A DNA stretch of 64,000 nt from Promethearchaeota archaeon (GTDB taxonomy: Archaea; Asgardarchaeota; Lokiarchaeia; Sigyniarchaeales; SOKP01), in contig JBHLNS010000006.1 in the NCBI GenBank assembly GCA_048941285.1, forward strand, positions 42,338-106,337. The letters are read 5' to 3'. Shown here piece after piece: positions 10,831-20,392 of the stretch (its first letter is position 1; each line of letters starts with the position of its first letter). The notes under the pieces were generated by a model. That model saw only the letters and a program-made list of their open reading frames with translations. It ran no database searches and had not been told where the DNA came from. Both the position numbers and the translations under genes were made by a program.

Positions 10831-12276
10831 ATGGTAATTAGTATAATCATAATTTTAGGATGTTTTATTGCTGTAATTATTTTAATAATCACTAATAAAC
10901 TAAATAGAGCCATCTCTTCATTACTAGCTGCAATTATTACTTACTTCGTCCTTATTTTTATTGAGGGTAAGGATTTTTCTATAATAGTTGAGTTACTATT
11001 TGGATCTCCCACTGAAGGATTTGTTAACTTGCATTCTTTAATTATGATAATTGGTACAATGATGATTGTACAAATTGCTCATGAAGCTGGTTCATTCCAA
11101 TTTATTGCTGGTAAATTAATTAAATTATCAAGAGGAAAACCTATTGCTTTAATGGTAATATTTTGTGCAGTGACGGTCTTTATTTCTGCTATTTTAAACA
11201 ACATTTTAACAGTCATTATAATTATTCCTCTAACGATTACAGTTTCAAGAATTTTAAATATAAATCCATCTCCTTATATATTAACCCAAGCAGTATTAGT
11301 AAATGTTGGAGGAACGGTCTTTTCAATTTCCTCTATTCCAAACATTTTAATTACAACTTACGCGGGAATAGAATTCTTAGAATTCTTCATTAACGTAGGG
11401 CTAATCTCCTTTATTATTTTTATATTTACTCTCCTTTTTTTCATTTTAATTTATAAAAAGGAATTAACAATACCGGAAGAAGGTCAAAAAGCATTAAAAG
11501 AATTTGATGTTTGGAATGTTGTTCAAAATAAAAGATTATTATATCAATCATTATTTTCTTTAATCATCTTATTAATTTTACTCACTCTTATTCCTTCTTC
11601 ATTAATTTCTCCAGATATCATTGCATTAACTATTGCCATTATTTTAATTGTTATAACGAGATTAGACCCTAAAGAAATTATAAATAAGATAGATTTTGAG
11701 TTGCTATTCTATCTATTGGGTATTTTTATAATTGTTGGAGGGCTTGAGGTAACAAGAGCAACGGAAGCCTTGGGAACTTTTATTTTAAATATTGGTGGAA
11801 GTAATCTTTTTTTTCAGATTCTTATAGTACTATGGTTTTCAGCTTATTTAAGTAGTTGCATTGATAATATCCCAATAACTAAAGTATTAATTCCAGTTGC
11901 AAATACAATGACAGAAACCGCTTCAATATTTAATAGAAAACAAATTTTTTATAGCCTTGCATTTGGAGCAAATTGGGGAGATAATTTGACACCATTAGGA
12001 GACAATATTCTTGTTGTGAATATTGCCGAAAAAAACAAGCGTCCTATAAGTTTTAAATCATTTTTCAAATTAGGATTTGTTACAACGAATTATCAATTAT
12101 TAATTATTTCAATTTATTATTGTTTAATTTTTTATTTACAAATAGGCATTATTATTTTAGCGATTGTGGGTTTATTTTTAATAGTAATCTATTGTTTGAA
12201 TAAATTTGGTTCTAAAAATATTAAATCACGTATGAATAATTTTAGTACTAAACTAAGAGAAATAATAATAAGGTGA
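10831..12276 (+). CDS. ArsB/NhaD/SLC13-family ion permease
   Basis: SAILNN, NVGG...SIPNILI, SSCIDNIP, GANWGDNLTPLG; ~12 TM. Confidence 0.88.
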   Translation: MVISIIIILGCFIAVIILIITNKLNRAISSLLAAIITYFVLIFIEGKDFSIIVELLFGSPTEGFVNLHSLIMIIGTMMIVQIAHEAGSFQFIAGKLIKLSRGKPIALMVIFCAVTVFISAILNNILTVIIIIPLTITVSRILNINPSPYILTQAVLVNVGGTVFSISSIPNILITTYAGIEFLEFFINVGLISFIIFIFTLLFFILIYKKELTIPEEGQKALKEFDVWNVVQNKRLLYQSLFSLIILLILLTLIPSSLISPDIIALTIAIILIVITRLDPKEIINKIDFELLFYLLGIFIIVGGLEVTRATEALGTFILNIGGSNLFFQILIVLWFSAYLSSCIDNIPITKVLIPVANTMTETASIFNRKQIFYSLAFGANWGDNLTPLGDNILVVNIAEKNKRPISFKSFFKLGFVTTNYQLLIISIYYCLIFYLQIGIIILAIVGLFLIVIYCLNKFGSKNIKSRMNNFSTKLREIIIR

Positions 12277-12283
12277 TTATTAG

Positions 12284-12922
12284 TTGGTTTTTAAAAATAT
12301 TTTAAGAATAAAAGCAGCTTTACCAGAAGTTAAACATATTGCTATGTTCTATAATAGTGGTATAATTTTTCAAACTACGTTTGAGCAAGAAACTAATATT
12401 CCTAAATTAGGCGAGAATTTAGCAGAAATTTTAAATCATGCGAGAAAGCTATATGATATCTCCAATTATAGTTTTGAAAATTATAAAAAAATTATTTTTG
12501 AAACTGATGATATTTCAATTATTATTTTAAAACTTGGTGAAGATAGTAATATTGCTCTGTTTTTCAAGAAAGAGGAAGAAAAAGAACTAAAAATAACAAC
12601 AATAAAACGATATATGACAAGAATCGAAGAAATAATTGATATGGATGAAAAAGAACTGATAATACAAGAAATATTATTGAAAGAAGAGGAAATTAAACGC
12701 TTAAGGGAATTACTCAGTGAGAGAGAAAATAAGATCGAACAATTAAATATAGAATTAAGTAATATAGAGAAAGCGGTAATTGAGGGAGATAGTAAAAAGA
12801 TTAATACGGAATTAAATGACCTAAGTCTTGAAAGTGTAAATTTGAAACAAGAATTAGAAAAAAAAAGTAATGAAATCGAGCATTTAAAAGAAAAAATAGA
12901 AAAAAGCCATAAAAAAGAATAA
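12284..12922 (+). CDS. roadblock/LC7-like domain fused to C-terminal coiled coil
   Basis: N-terminal helix-beta-beta-helix-beta x3 pattern (LPEVKHIAMFYNSG...IIFETDDISIIILKLGEDSNIALFF), then E/K-rich heptads; AGGTGA SD before TTG. Confidence 0.6.
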   Translation: MVFKNILRIKAALPEVKHIAMFYNSGIIFQTTFEQETNIPKLGENLAEILNHARKLYDISNYSFENYKKIIFETDDISIIILKLGEDSNIALFFKKEEEKELKITTIKRYMTRIEEIIDMDEKELIIQEILLKEEEIKRLRELLSERENKIEQLNIELSNIEKAVIEGDSKKINTELNDLSLESVNLKQELEKKSNEIEHLKEKIEKSHKKE

Positions 12923-12949
12923 AATGCTTACCTAATTTTTCTAAAATAA

Positions 12950-13135
12950 TTATAGGGTAAATCCTAAGATTAAGGGAATTAAAAAAATTATCACCAGACA
13001 TATAATAGTAAGAATGATAAAAGACTCATTTGATTCTTTATTCAACTGTTCTCTAAATATATATATCAATAATATTAAAGATATAATAAACGCTCCATAT
13101 ACAAGCACAATTAATATCATTAGGTTATTTAGCAC
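12950..13135 (-). CDS. small 2-TM membrane protein
   Basis: 61 aa, two hydrophobic helices around a polar loop; co-oriented downstream of the coiled-coil gene. Confidence 0.5.
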   Translation of the reverse strand: MLNNLMILIVLVYGAFIISLILLIYIFREQLNKESNESFIILTIICLVIIFLIPLILGFTL

Positions 13136-13203
13136 TTTACTTATTCTATTTTCATTTTAATTCGATTTTAAAAATTAAAAAAAAAAATTATCTCCTTAAT
13201 TTT

Positions 13204-13860
13204 TTAAGAACTTGGTTCTAAAGGTCTAACCTTTTCACGTTCATTTAATTTTTCTGATAGATCTTTCTTAAGATCAGCTAATTTGTTCTGTTTTTCAACT
13301 ATTTTTTTATTCAAATCTAGGGCATCGGTTTCAATCTTGGTTAAGTACTTCTGAATTCTATGATATGCTTCTTCTGCTTTAGAGATTTTCTCACCAGGTG
13401 CATTATTATTAACTAATTTTACATAAACCATAATTCTTTTTGCTAAATTAGCTCTTTCTTTAGCCTCATCAAGCTTCTTATTAGCAATTTTAACTCTTAC
13501 TTCAGTAATTTCAGTTTCAACATTTGCAATCTTTTTTTGAATATCAGCTATTTCTGTTTGAATTTTAGCAACTTCTTGGTTGTATCTCGCTTGTACTCTT
13601 TCCGCTTTTAAAAGATCATCACCTATTTTTAAAAGATCTTTCACTTTCTCTTTTTTTTCAACTAATTTCTTACTTCTTTCTGCCAATCTCTCTCGAACTT
13701 TTGCTACTTCAATTTCATTCCTAGCAAGCATTTCTCTGGCTTTAGCCCTTTTTACAGATTGCTTAGCTAATTCTTTCATTTCACTAGCAGATTCTTTTTC
13801 AATTTTGGCTAAATTTGAATTTTCTTCAGCTATCTTTTCAATATTTTTAACTTCTTCCAT
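13204..13860 (-). CDS. all-helical coiled-coil protein A (Ala-heptad stripe), paralog of 14892-15560
   Basis: Ala at 11,18,25,32,39,46,53,60 and 91,98,105,112,126,133,140; helix breaks at IGDD and NNAPG. Confidence 0.85.
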   Translation of the reverse strand: MEEVKNIEKIAEENSNLAKIEKESASEMKELAKQSVKRAKAREMLARNEIEVAKVRERLAERSKKLVEKKEKVKDLLKIGDDLLKAERVQARYNQEVAKIQTEIADIQKKIANVETEITEVRVKIANKKLDEAKERANLAKRIMVYVKLVNNNAPGEKISKAEEAYHRIQKYLTKIETDALDLNKKIVEKQNKLADLKKDLSEKLNEREKVRPLEPSS

Positions 13861-13905
13861 ATTCTCATCTCTTTTTTTATTTATTTTACTATAATTTTAT
13901 TTATT

Positions 13906-14079
13906 CTAACTATATATCTCGTTAAAATTATCTAAATCTTCTTTTTCTTCCTCATCTTCATAATCCCAATCATCTTCTTCGTCAGAATCATCATCTTCGT
14001 AATAACCATCATTTTCATTACCATAATCATCATTTTCATAATCATATTTCTTCTTATTTTCTTTCGGGTCCCCTTCCAT
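13906..14079 (-). CDS. 57-aa highly acidic protein (missed by ORF track)
   Basis: Manual translation MEGDPKENKKKYDYENDDYGNENDGYYEDDDSDEEDDWDYEDEEEKEDLDNFNEIYS*; AGGAGGT SD at 14096-14090. Confidence 0.8.
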   Translation of the reverse strand: MEGDPKENKKKYDYENDDYGNENDGYYEDDDSDEEDDWDYEDEEEKEDLDNFNEIYS

Positions 14080-14254
14080 TAAGTTAATTACCTCCTATAT
14101 TTTGTTGGTTAGTGTTTGTTATTTTTTAATTGTTGCATAGTATTTAAATGTTTTCATATGAAAACAAATCCATCTATCGACAACTTTATATACTTTGATA
14201 TCATCATTTTATTAAAAAAAAGAGAATCAAACTGGAAAAAAGGCTATATTTAAT

Positions 14255-14824
14255 ATGGCAAATAAAGAAATGAAGAAAACTAGCAATTTTCTTGGATTTA
14301 GGCTTTCAGAAGAAATAATTGAGAAATTAGAACTAATTGCAAAACAAGAGAATAAGACGCGTGGTTTGGTTGCTAAAGATGCTATTGAGCAATGGCTAAA
14401 TTTAGAATTATTAAATCAAACTAACCAAATGATTATGATATCCAAATCGATTTTTTCAAAAATTCTCTCTAAATTAGATGCACAAACTTTAAATATAATA
14501 GCTAAAGATTTTGCTGATTTATTTTCAGATCTAATGAAGTTTTCAACAGCAAAACCAATGAATGAAGAAACCTTGAGATCTTATACTGCTTTTTTAATTA
14601 ATTTTTTTGGCAAAAATGGATTGAAATGGTTTAATACACTTGATATTCAGACCAGGGAAAACTCTTTCATATTTAGAGGTTTGCACGATATGGACGAGGT
14701 CTATTCCAATTTTTTCACAGAATTTTATAAATATCTCCTATCTAAATATTTTGAACTAGAATTTACAACAAAAATAGAGGAAAAAACATCTAATTTAATC
14801 CATTTAGAATTTAAAATTAATTAG
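14255..14824 (+). CDS. ribbon-helix-helix (CopG-like) regulator with C-terminal putative ligand-binding domain
   Basis: FLGFRLSEEIIEKLELIAKQENKTRGLVAKDAIEQWL is an RHH pattern. Confidence 0.7.
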   Translation: MANKEMKKTSNFLGFRLSEEIIEKLELIAKQENKTRGLVAKDAIEQWLNLELLNQTNQMIMISKSIFSKILSKLDAQTLNIIAKDFADLFSDLMKFSTAKPMNEETLRSYTAFLINFFGKNGLKWFNTLDIQTRENSFIFRGLHDMDEVYSNFFTEFYKYLLSKYFELEFTTKIEEKTSNLIHLEFKIN

Positions 14825-14891
14825 AATTTTAAAATTCAAGAAAAATTTAATAAAGGATGAGCTCATAAAAATTAAAACAAGGTAAAAAATT

Positions 14892-15560
14892 ATGGAAGAT
14901 TTAATTATTATAGAGAAAGAAGCTGAAAACAATTTGAAAATAGCGCAATTTGAAAAAGAACTAGCCCAAAAATCAAAAATAAATGCTCTAGCTGAAATTA
15001 AAAAATCAAAAGCAAGAGAAACTCTATACAAACTTGAATATGAAATTGCTGACATAAAAAAAGAATTAGCTGAAAAGAGAAGTGTATTAGCAACCGAAAA
15101 ATCAGAAATTAAAAAAAATCAAATTTTAGATTTTTCAGAAGAAGAATTAAAAAATGAAAAAGATTATGCCAATTACAACAAAAATATAGCAAAAAGTCAA
15201 AAAGAGATTGCTGAGGTTCATAAGAAAATTGCTTCAGTTGAGAAGCAAATAGCTGAACAAAAATTAAAATTGTCTAAGGAAAAATTAGATGTAGCAAAAG
15301 CGCGACAAAATTTGGCTAAGAAACAAACGATATATGTTAAAGTAGCTCGAAGAACTAATTCAGAAAGTAAAATTTTGAAAGCTAAAAATAATTTCGAGGG
15401 TCACAAAAAAAATCTTTTAAAACAAAAGAATGACGTTTTGGAAAAGGAAAAGGATATTAAGAAAAAAGAAAATAATCTAGCAGAATTAAAAAAGGAACTT
15501 TCCTTAAAATTGGCAGAAAGGGAGAAAATAAGACACCCCGGAGTTATATTAGCCGAATAA
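14892..15560 (+). CDS. all-helical coiled-coil protein B, paralog of 13204-13860
   Basis: Same Ala register (11,18,25,32,53,60); shared KARE.L, YN...A, YVK, LA.LKK.LS.KL.EREK.R motifs. Confidence 0.85.
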   Translation: MEDLIIIEKEAENNLKIAQFEKELAQKSKINALAEIKKSKARETLYKLEYEIADIKKELAEKRSVLATEKSEIKKNQILDFSEEELKNEKDYANYNKNIAKSQKEIAEVHKKIASVEKQIAEQKLKLSKEKLDVAKARQNLAKKQTIYVKVARRTNSESKILKAKNNFEGHKKNLLKQKNDVLEKEKDIKKKENNLAELKKELSLKLAEREKIRHPGVILAE

Positions 15561-15608
15561 ACTTTTTTTCTCTAATTATATAGTAAATTAATTAAAGGGT
15601 TTAAGGAA

Positions 15609-16700
15609 TTATATCCATTTTTTCCTTTTAAAGAAATACAACATGGTAAAAGCTATCGCAAACATTATGATGATTAAAATTGGATATGCAAACGGAGAGG
15701 AAAATTCAGGCATATAAATAAAATTCATCCCATAAAAACCTGCTAGAAATGATAGTGGAATAAAAATTGTGGATATAATCGTTAAAACTTTCATAATATC
15801 ATTCATCCTATTGCTAACACTGGATAAATACATATCTAACATTCCAAAAATGATATCCCGATAATTTTCTAAAAGATCACTAATTCTAAAAATATGATCA
15901 TATATATCTCTTAAGTAGATTTGTAAATCATCTCTGATTAACTTTGATTGTTCACGTTGCAGTTTATTGATTATTTCTCTTATTGGCCAAATTGATTTTC
16001 TTAATTCAATCGAAGATCTTTTCAATCGATAAATAAGCTGTAAGGTTTCTGGTTCAGGTTTCTTTATTAATATATCTTCAATATTTTCTATATCCTCACC
16101 TACTTTTTCCAATACTATAAAATAATTGTCTATTATAATATCAATTAAAACATAAAAGAGATAGTCTGCTCCCATTAATCGAACTCTTCCCTTTGGAACT
16201 TGTATCCTCTCATAAATAGGATTGAAAAGATTCGTATCTCTCTCTTGGAAGGATATTACATAATTTTCCCCCAAAATTAAGCTAATTTGTTCATATTCAA
16301 ATTCTTCTTCTTCTTGATTCCAACTTAATTTTTTTAATACTGCAAAAATAAAATTTCCATAATCTTCTAATTTAGGTCTTTGATTTGGATTTAAAATATC
16401 TTCCAATATGAGAGGATGTAAATCAAATTGGCGACCAATCTCTTCAATAATTTCTACTTCTGCAAGACCATATATATCAATCCATCTAATTAATGATTTT
16501 TCAATTTGAGTAAGATTTTTTTTAATATCCTCAAATTCTTGCATAATAAAACGGTCTTCTGTATAATCTGTTACCTTAATTTTAGTTTTTTCTTTTACTT
16601 TGTCCCCTGTATAAATTAAAGTTCCTGGAGGAAGCCCAACCTTTTTCTTTCTTTTACTAGATGGAATCATTTTATGTAAAGGTCGAGATATTCTCCTCAT
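15609..16700 (-). CDS. corA: magnesium/cobalt transporter CorA
   Basis: GLPPGTLIYTG, LHPLILEDI, QRPKLEDY, GFYGMNF, MPE. Confidence 0.95.
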   Translation of the reverse strand: MRRISRPLHKMIPSSKRKKKVGLPPGTLIYTGDKVKEKTKIKVTDYTEDRFIMQEFEDIKKNLTQIEKSLIRWIDIYGLAEVEIIEEIGRQFDLHPLILEDILNPNQRPKLEDYGNFIFAVLKKLSWNQEEEEFEYEQISLILGENYVISFQERDTNLFNPIYERIQVPKGRVRLMGADYLFYVLIDIIIDNYFIVLEKVGEDIENIEDILIKKPEPETLQLIYRLKRSSIELRKSIWPIREIINKLQREQSKLIRDDLQIYLRDIYDHIFRISDLLENYRDIIFGMLDMYLSSVSNRMNDIMKVLTIISTIFIPLSFLAGFYGMNFIYMPEFSSPFAYPILIIIMFAIAFTMLYFFKRKKWI

Positions 16701-16851
16701 TTTTTTTCACTCAAAAAATTTATGGTTTCTTTTGACTAATTTATTAATAAATTAGCTTTTAAAATAAAAGTTTTCTTAAGATGATTTTATAAGAAAATTG
16801 GAACCTTAAGAAGAGAAGGGTTTAGATAAACCTTTTTCTTTTGAGTTTGGT

Positions 16852-17487
16852 TTATGGATCCAGAGAGATACCATATTTTTTTAAATCTTCTATTAATTTT
16901 TCAGTGTAATAATAATGAATTCCTTTCAATCCTAAAGATCTTGCTATTTTTATATTTTTTTTCTCATCATCGATTAAAATAGCTTCAGAGGGTTCGCATT
17001 CTAAATGTTTTATTAGTTCATTATAAAATTCAATATCATCTTTATTCATTTTATAATCAAAACTTAATATTGTATCATCAAAATACTTTAAAAATCCACA
17101 CTTTTTTTCTAAATAGTCTATACGTTCTCTTATGTTTCCGCTAAAAATCAACAATCTATAATTATTCTTCTTCAAATTCTTTAATAATTCTTCAATACCA
17201 TAGTGGATACAATATGAACCAAACCATATATATCTTGTATGCTTTTTTTCTTTTTTATTAATTCCTAGTTTAAAGAATAAGTTTTCCTCAAATTCATCAA
17301 TAGTCATTAAACCTTTACGTAAAAGATTTCCCTCAGAATTTGGTTTATCACTAAAAATTTCTCGAAGTAATTTTTCATTTTTAATGTCGTAAATCTCTTT
17401 AATTTTCTCTATTGCTAAAAAAGAACCTGGGGTAAAATATACGCCCCCTAAATCAAAAATAATTGTTTTTATTTTATCAATTTTCAT
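16852..17487 (-). CDS. HAD-family phosphatase
   Basis: IIFDLGGV motif I; ILIDDEKKNI motif IV. Confidence 0.85.
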   Translation of the reverse strand: MKIDKIKTIIFDLGGVYFTPGSFLAIEKIKEIYDIKNEKLLREIFSDKPNSEGNLLRKGLMTIDEFEENLFFKLGINKKEKKHTRYIWFGSYCIHYGIEELLKNLKKNNYRLLIFSGNIRERIDYLEKKCGFLKYFDDTILSFDYKMNKDDIEFYNELIKHLECEPSEAILIDDEKKNIKIARSLGLKGIHYYYTEKLIEDLKKYGISLDP

Positions 17488-17731
17488 AATAACTTATGTT
17501 ATAAATATTAAGAATAAAATTATCTATTATCTATATATTTATTGTCAATAAAATTTGGGCTTCCCTTCATTTAATCTGTTCTTAGAAAACTATTTATAAT
17601 TAAGGGTTATCAGAAAATCATTTTTTTTTAAATATTATGTAAACTTTTATAATAAAACTATTCTTATAATTTTTTTATAAAAGAATTAGCCTTGTAGAAT
17701 TAATAAAAACCTTGGAGTTGAAGTTTAAAAT

Positions 17732-18649
17732 ATGAAAAGACTTTATAAAATCTTCATTTGGATTACTATTATAGGACTTTTTATTCTAGGTTATTTTTAT
17801 TTTGGATTTGAGCAATTTTTATTAAATTTAATCCTTTTGAACATGGTTGCTTATGTCCTTAGATCTATTTTAATTGATGTATTTCAGACTATAATTAAAA
17901 ATTTGATTGTTCGTTATATCTTGATGATTATAATCAATATCCTGTGGTTGATATTTCCTTTTTGGCTATTGTCTGTTATTTCACCAATTTATTTTGTAGC
18001 AATAATCTCTTTTTTGGTTGTGGCAATTTCTCTGACTTTTCAAAATATTATAAATAATATTGCTTCAGGAATAATGCTTTTATCATCAGAAGGCTTTGAA
18101 GCTGGTGATTTGATTGAAACAAATGGAGTTCAAGGTATTGTAAAGGAGATAACCTTAAATAGCTTAAAGTTAGAAGATTTTGATGGTTCTATTACATATA
18201 TACCTAATAAAAATGCATTTAATTCCTCTGTAATCCGATTTACGCATAAACCTATAGAAAAGGGAAAAAAAATAGAAATCTCTAAAGTAGTCAAAAAAAT
18301 CGGTAAAATTATCACTGGTGAAAAAAAATTAACTCGTTATATTAAGGTAGTAGAACTTTTAGGTACTGTAGATTCAAATAAGCTTAATGAATTATTGGAT
18401 CCAATTTTTGAGAAATATGAACCCATATTTGGGAAAAAACCTTATTTTTATGCAAATACTACTGTTAGTGGGCTTATAAATCGTTTAAGTATAACTATTC
18501 AGATTATTACAGAAAATCCGAAGTTGATTTTAACCTACACAGATCCATTCTTGAAAGAAATCCTTTTTAAGATTTATGATGAAGAAATTAATTATGGTTG
18601 GAATGAAAAAGCACAAGAATCTTCACAAAATAGCAAAGAGGTGGATTAA
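17732..18649 (+). CDS. MscS-family mechanosensitive channel 1
   Basis: N-terminal TMs, SLTFQNIINNIASG, FEAGDLIE, GIVKEI, YIPN. Confidence 0.8.
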   Translation: MKRLYKIFIWITIIGLFILGYFYFGFEQFLLNLILLNMVAYVLRSILIDVFQTIIKNLIVRYILMIIINILWLIFPFWLLSVISPIYFVAIISFLVVAISLTFQNIINNIASGIMLLSSEGFEAGDLIETNGVQGIVKEITLNSLKLEDFDGSITYIPNKNAFNSSVIRFTHKPIEKGKKIEISKVVKKIGKIITGEKKLTRYIKVVELLGTVDSNKLNELLDPIFEKYEPIFGKKPYFYANTTVSGLINRLSITIQIITENPKLILTYTDPFLKEILFKIYDEEINYGWNEKAQESSQNSKEVD

Positions 18650-18651
18650 GG

Positions 18652-19563
18652 ATGGCAATCTTCAGTTCAGATTTAGAGGCATTAATATATCTTGCAATAA
18701 TAGGAGTTGGGCTTTATATCATTAATAAGTTGGTTTCTTCAATATTTGCTAAAAGTAAAAAAATACCCTTAAAACAGAAGGTTATTCTTAATTTTACTCT
18801 AAAAATAGGTGTTGTTCTTATTTTTGCATTTTTTATTATTGAGGGCTTTCCCGTTATTGGTTCAATCCCTATTGAATACACAGCAGTGCTTACTGGAGCA
18901 ATAAGTACTGCAATTGCTTTTGCTTCCAGTGGAATATTTTCTAATTTTATTTCTGGCATTGTTCTCATGTTAATAAGACCTTTTGAAGTTGATGATTTAG
19001 TTAAAATTGAAGACGATAAAGGAATTATACGAGCAATAAATATAACTAAAGTGAAATTAGAAACATTTGATAATATAATAATCGAGAAGTCAAACGCTCA
19101 AGTTCTTTACTCCAAAATTGTAAATTATACTGTTAAATTAGGGAAAAAAAAATCATTTGAAGATTTTAAAAATAAGATCCTCGCTCCTCAGGATATTGGG
19201 TTTAAAGGTATTTATGAAGATACATCAAGTTCAAAAAGGGAATTTGAAAGTAATTTAGAAAAGGCTTACAATTCCTTTTCTAGTAAATATTTCCCAAAAT
19301 TATATAATTATACTTTTAAAATGGCTTTTCCCTATAAAGGATTTAGAGTTCTCATAAATGAAGTAACAGAACTTTGTGATTTATATAATCAGAAGAATAT
19401 TTTTCGGATTAAACCTCAATTTGATATAGTAAATTTTAACATTAGCATAATTGTCAAATTTCGATTGTTAACTTTTAATCCCCAAAAAATATTTGATTTT
19501 CAACCTAAATTCGCAAGGGATGTCTATAATATAATTTTCAAACACAAAATAATGCAAAATTAA
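18652..19563 (+). CDS. MscS-family mechanosensitive channel 2
   Basis: AIAFASSGIFSNFISGIVL, RPFEVDDLV, ETFDN; 2 nt after the previous gene. Confidence 0.8.
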   Translation: MAIFSSDLEALIYLAIIGVGLYIINKLVSSIFAKSKKIPLKQKVILNFTLKIGVVLIFAFFIIEGFPVIGSIPIEYTAVLTGAISTAIAFASSGIFSNFISGIVLMLIRPFEVDDLVKIEDDKGIIRAINITKVKLETFDNIIIEKSNAQVLYSKIVNYTVKLGKKKSFEDFKNKILAPQDIGFKGIYEDTSSSKREFESNLEKAYNSFSSKYFPKLYNYTFKMAFPYKGFRVLINEVTELCDLYNQKNIFRIKPQFDIVNFNISIIVKFRLLTFNPQKIFDFQPKFARDVYNIIFKHKIMQN

Positions 19564-19598
19564 CTCATCATTTATTATGATCAAAAATTTAGAAATTC

Positions 19599-20246
19599 TC
19601 AGGCTTTACTTCTTTTTCTCCAAACTCTAATAATTTCTTTTTGTTTTTTTTGTTCTAATGGGTTTATGTAGCCTAGTAAGTCTTCAAAAACAATTTTTTG
19701 GTGTAAATGCGGTCGGAAAATAAATTTAAAATATTTTTTTTTCCAATAAAAACGTAAACTATTAAGATATAACGATAATTCTTTGATTTGTTGAGGTTTG
19801 ATTTCATGGTATGAGTCGATTATATTTTCTTCTGTGTTATTTTCAATATTTCTTTTTAATAAGCTTCCATCAGTTTTTAAAATATAGATTGTGCCATTTA
19901 AATAAGCGTCATTCTCCTTATTATGAGTTAATCCAAGATATTGAGCATATAATTTAAAGTTTTGACTAATTTTAGCATTTAGATAACTTTTTTGAATTAT
20001 GTCTCGATTTTTATTTTTGACTAATGTTTTAAGTTCTTGTTCTTCCATCTCTCCTTTACTGCTTTGTAATATTTCATAGTATTTCACTTGTAAATTGGTA
20101 AATATTAACATCTCAATATCAATATAAAAATCTTGAACCTCACGTGCTAAAATCCTGTCATCTTTAATATGGTCCCAGATTATAAAGAAAAGTACAGCAA
20201 TTGAAACACATAAACTAACATATACCAATATATCTTGTGGGTTCAT
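19599..20246 (-). CDS. hypothetical protein with N-terminal membrane anchor
   Basis: 215-aa ORF, one hydrophobic helix at the N-terminus. Confidence 0.65.
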   Translation of the reverse strand: MNPQDILVYVSLCVSIAVLFFIIWDHIKDDRILAREVQDFYIDIEMLIFTNLQVKYYEILQSSKGEMEEQELKTLVKNKNRDIIQKSYLNAKISQNFKLYAQYLGLTHNKENDAYLNGTIYILKTDGSLLKRNIENNTEENIIDSYHEIKPQQIKELSLYLNSLRFYWKKKYFKFIFRPHLHQKIVFEDLLGYINPLEQKKQKEIIRVWRKRSKA

Positions 20247-20331
20247 TTTTTTAGTTTTAATTTACCATCTGGGTTGAATTAGATAAATATAGATTTTTAT
20301 CATTTTTAAAGAATTAACCTTGTCATTTATA

Positions 20332-20346
20332 TCAGATTAAATCTGA
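20332..20346. promoter_or_regulatory. palindromic operator candidate between divergent genes
   Basis: TCAGATT-A-AATCTGA perfect 7-bp inverted repeat. Confidence 0.4.
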
Positions 20347-20392
20347 CATATTTTTCAGGTTTCTAAAAACCTTAAAAGTTCTTTTTTTTTAT

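Noticed and set aside
16811-16840. Hairpin between corA and HAD genes as an intrinsic terminator
   Set aside because: Pairs well only on the non-coding (+) strand, and archaeal termination mainly uses T-tracts
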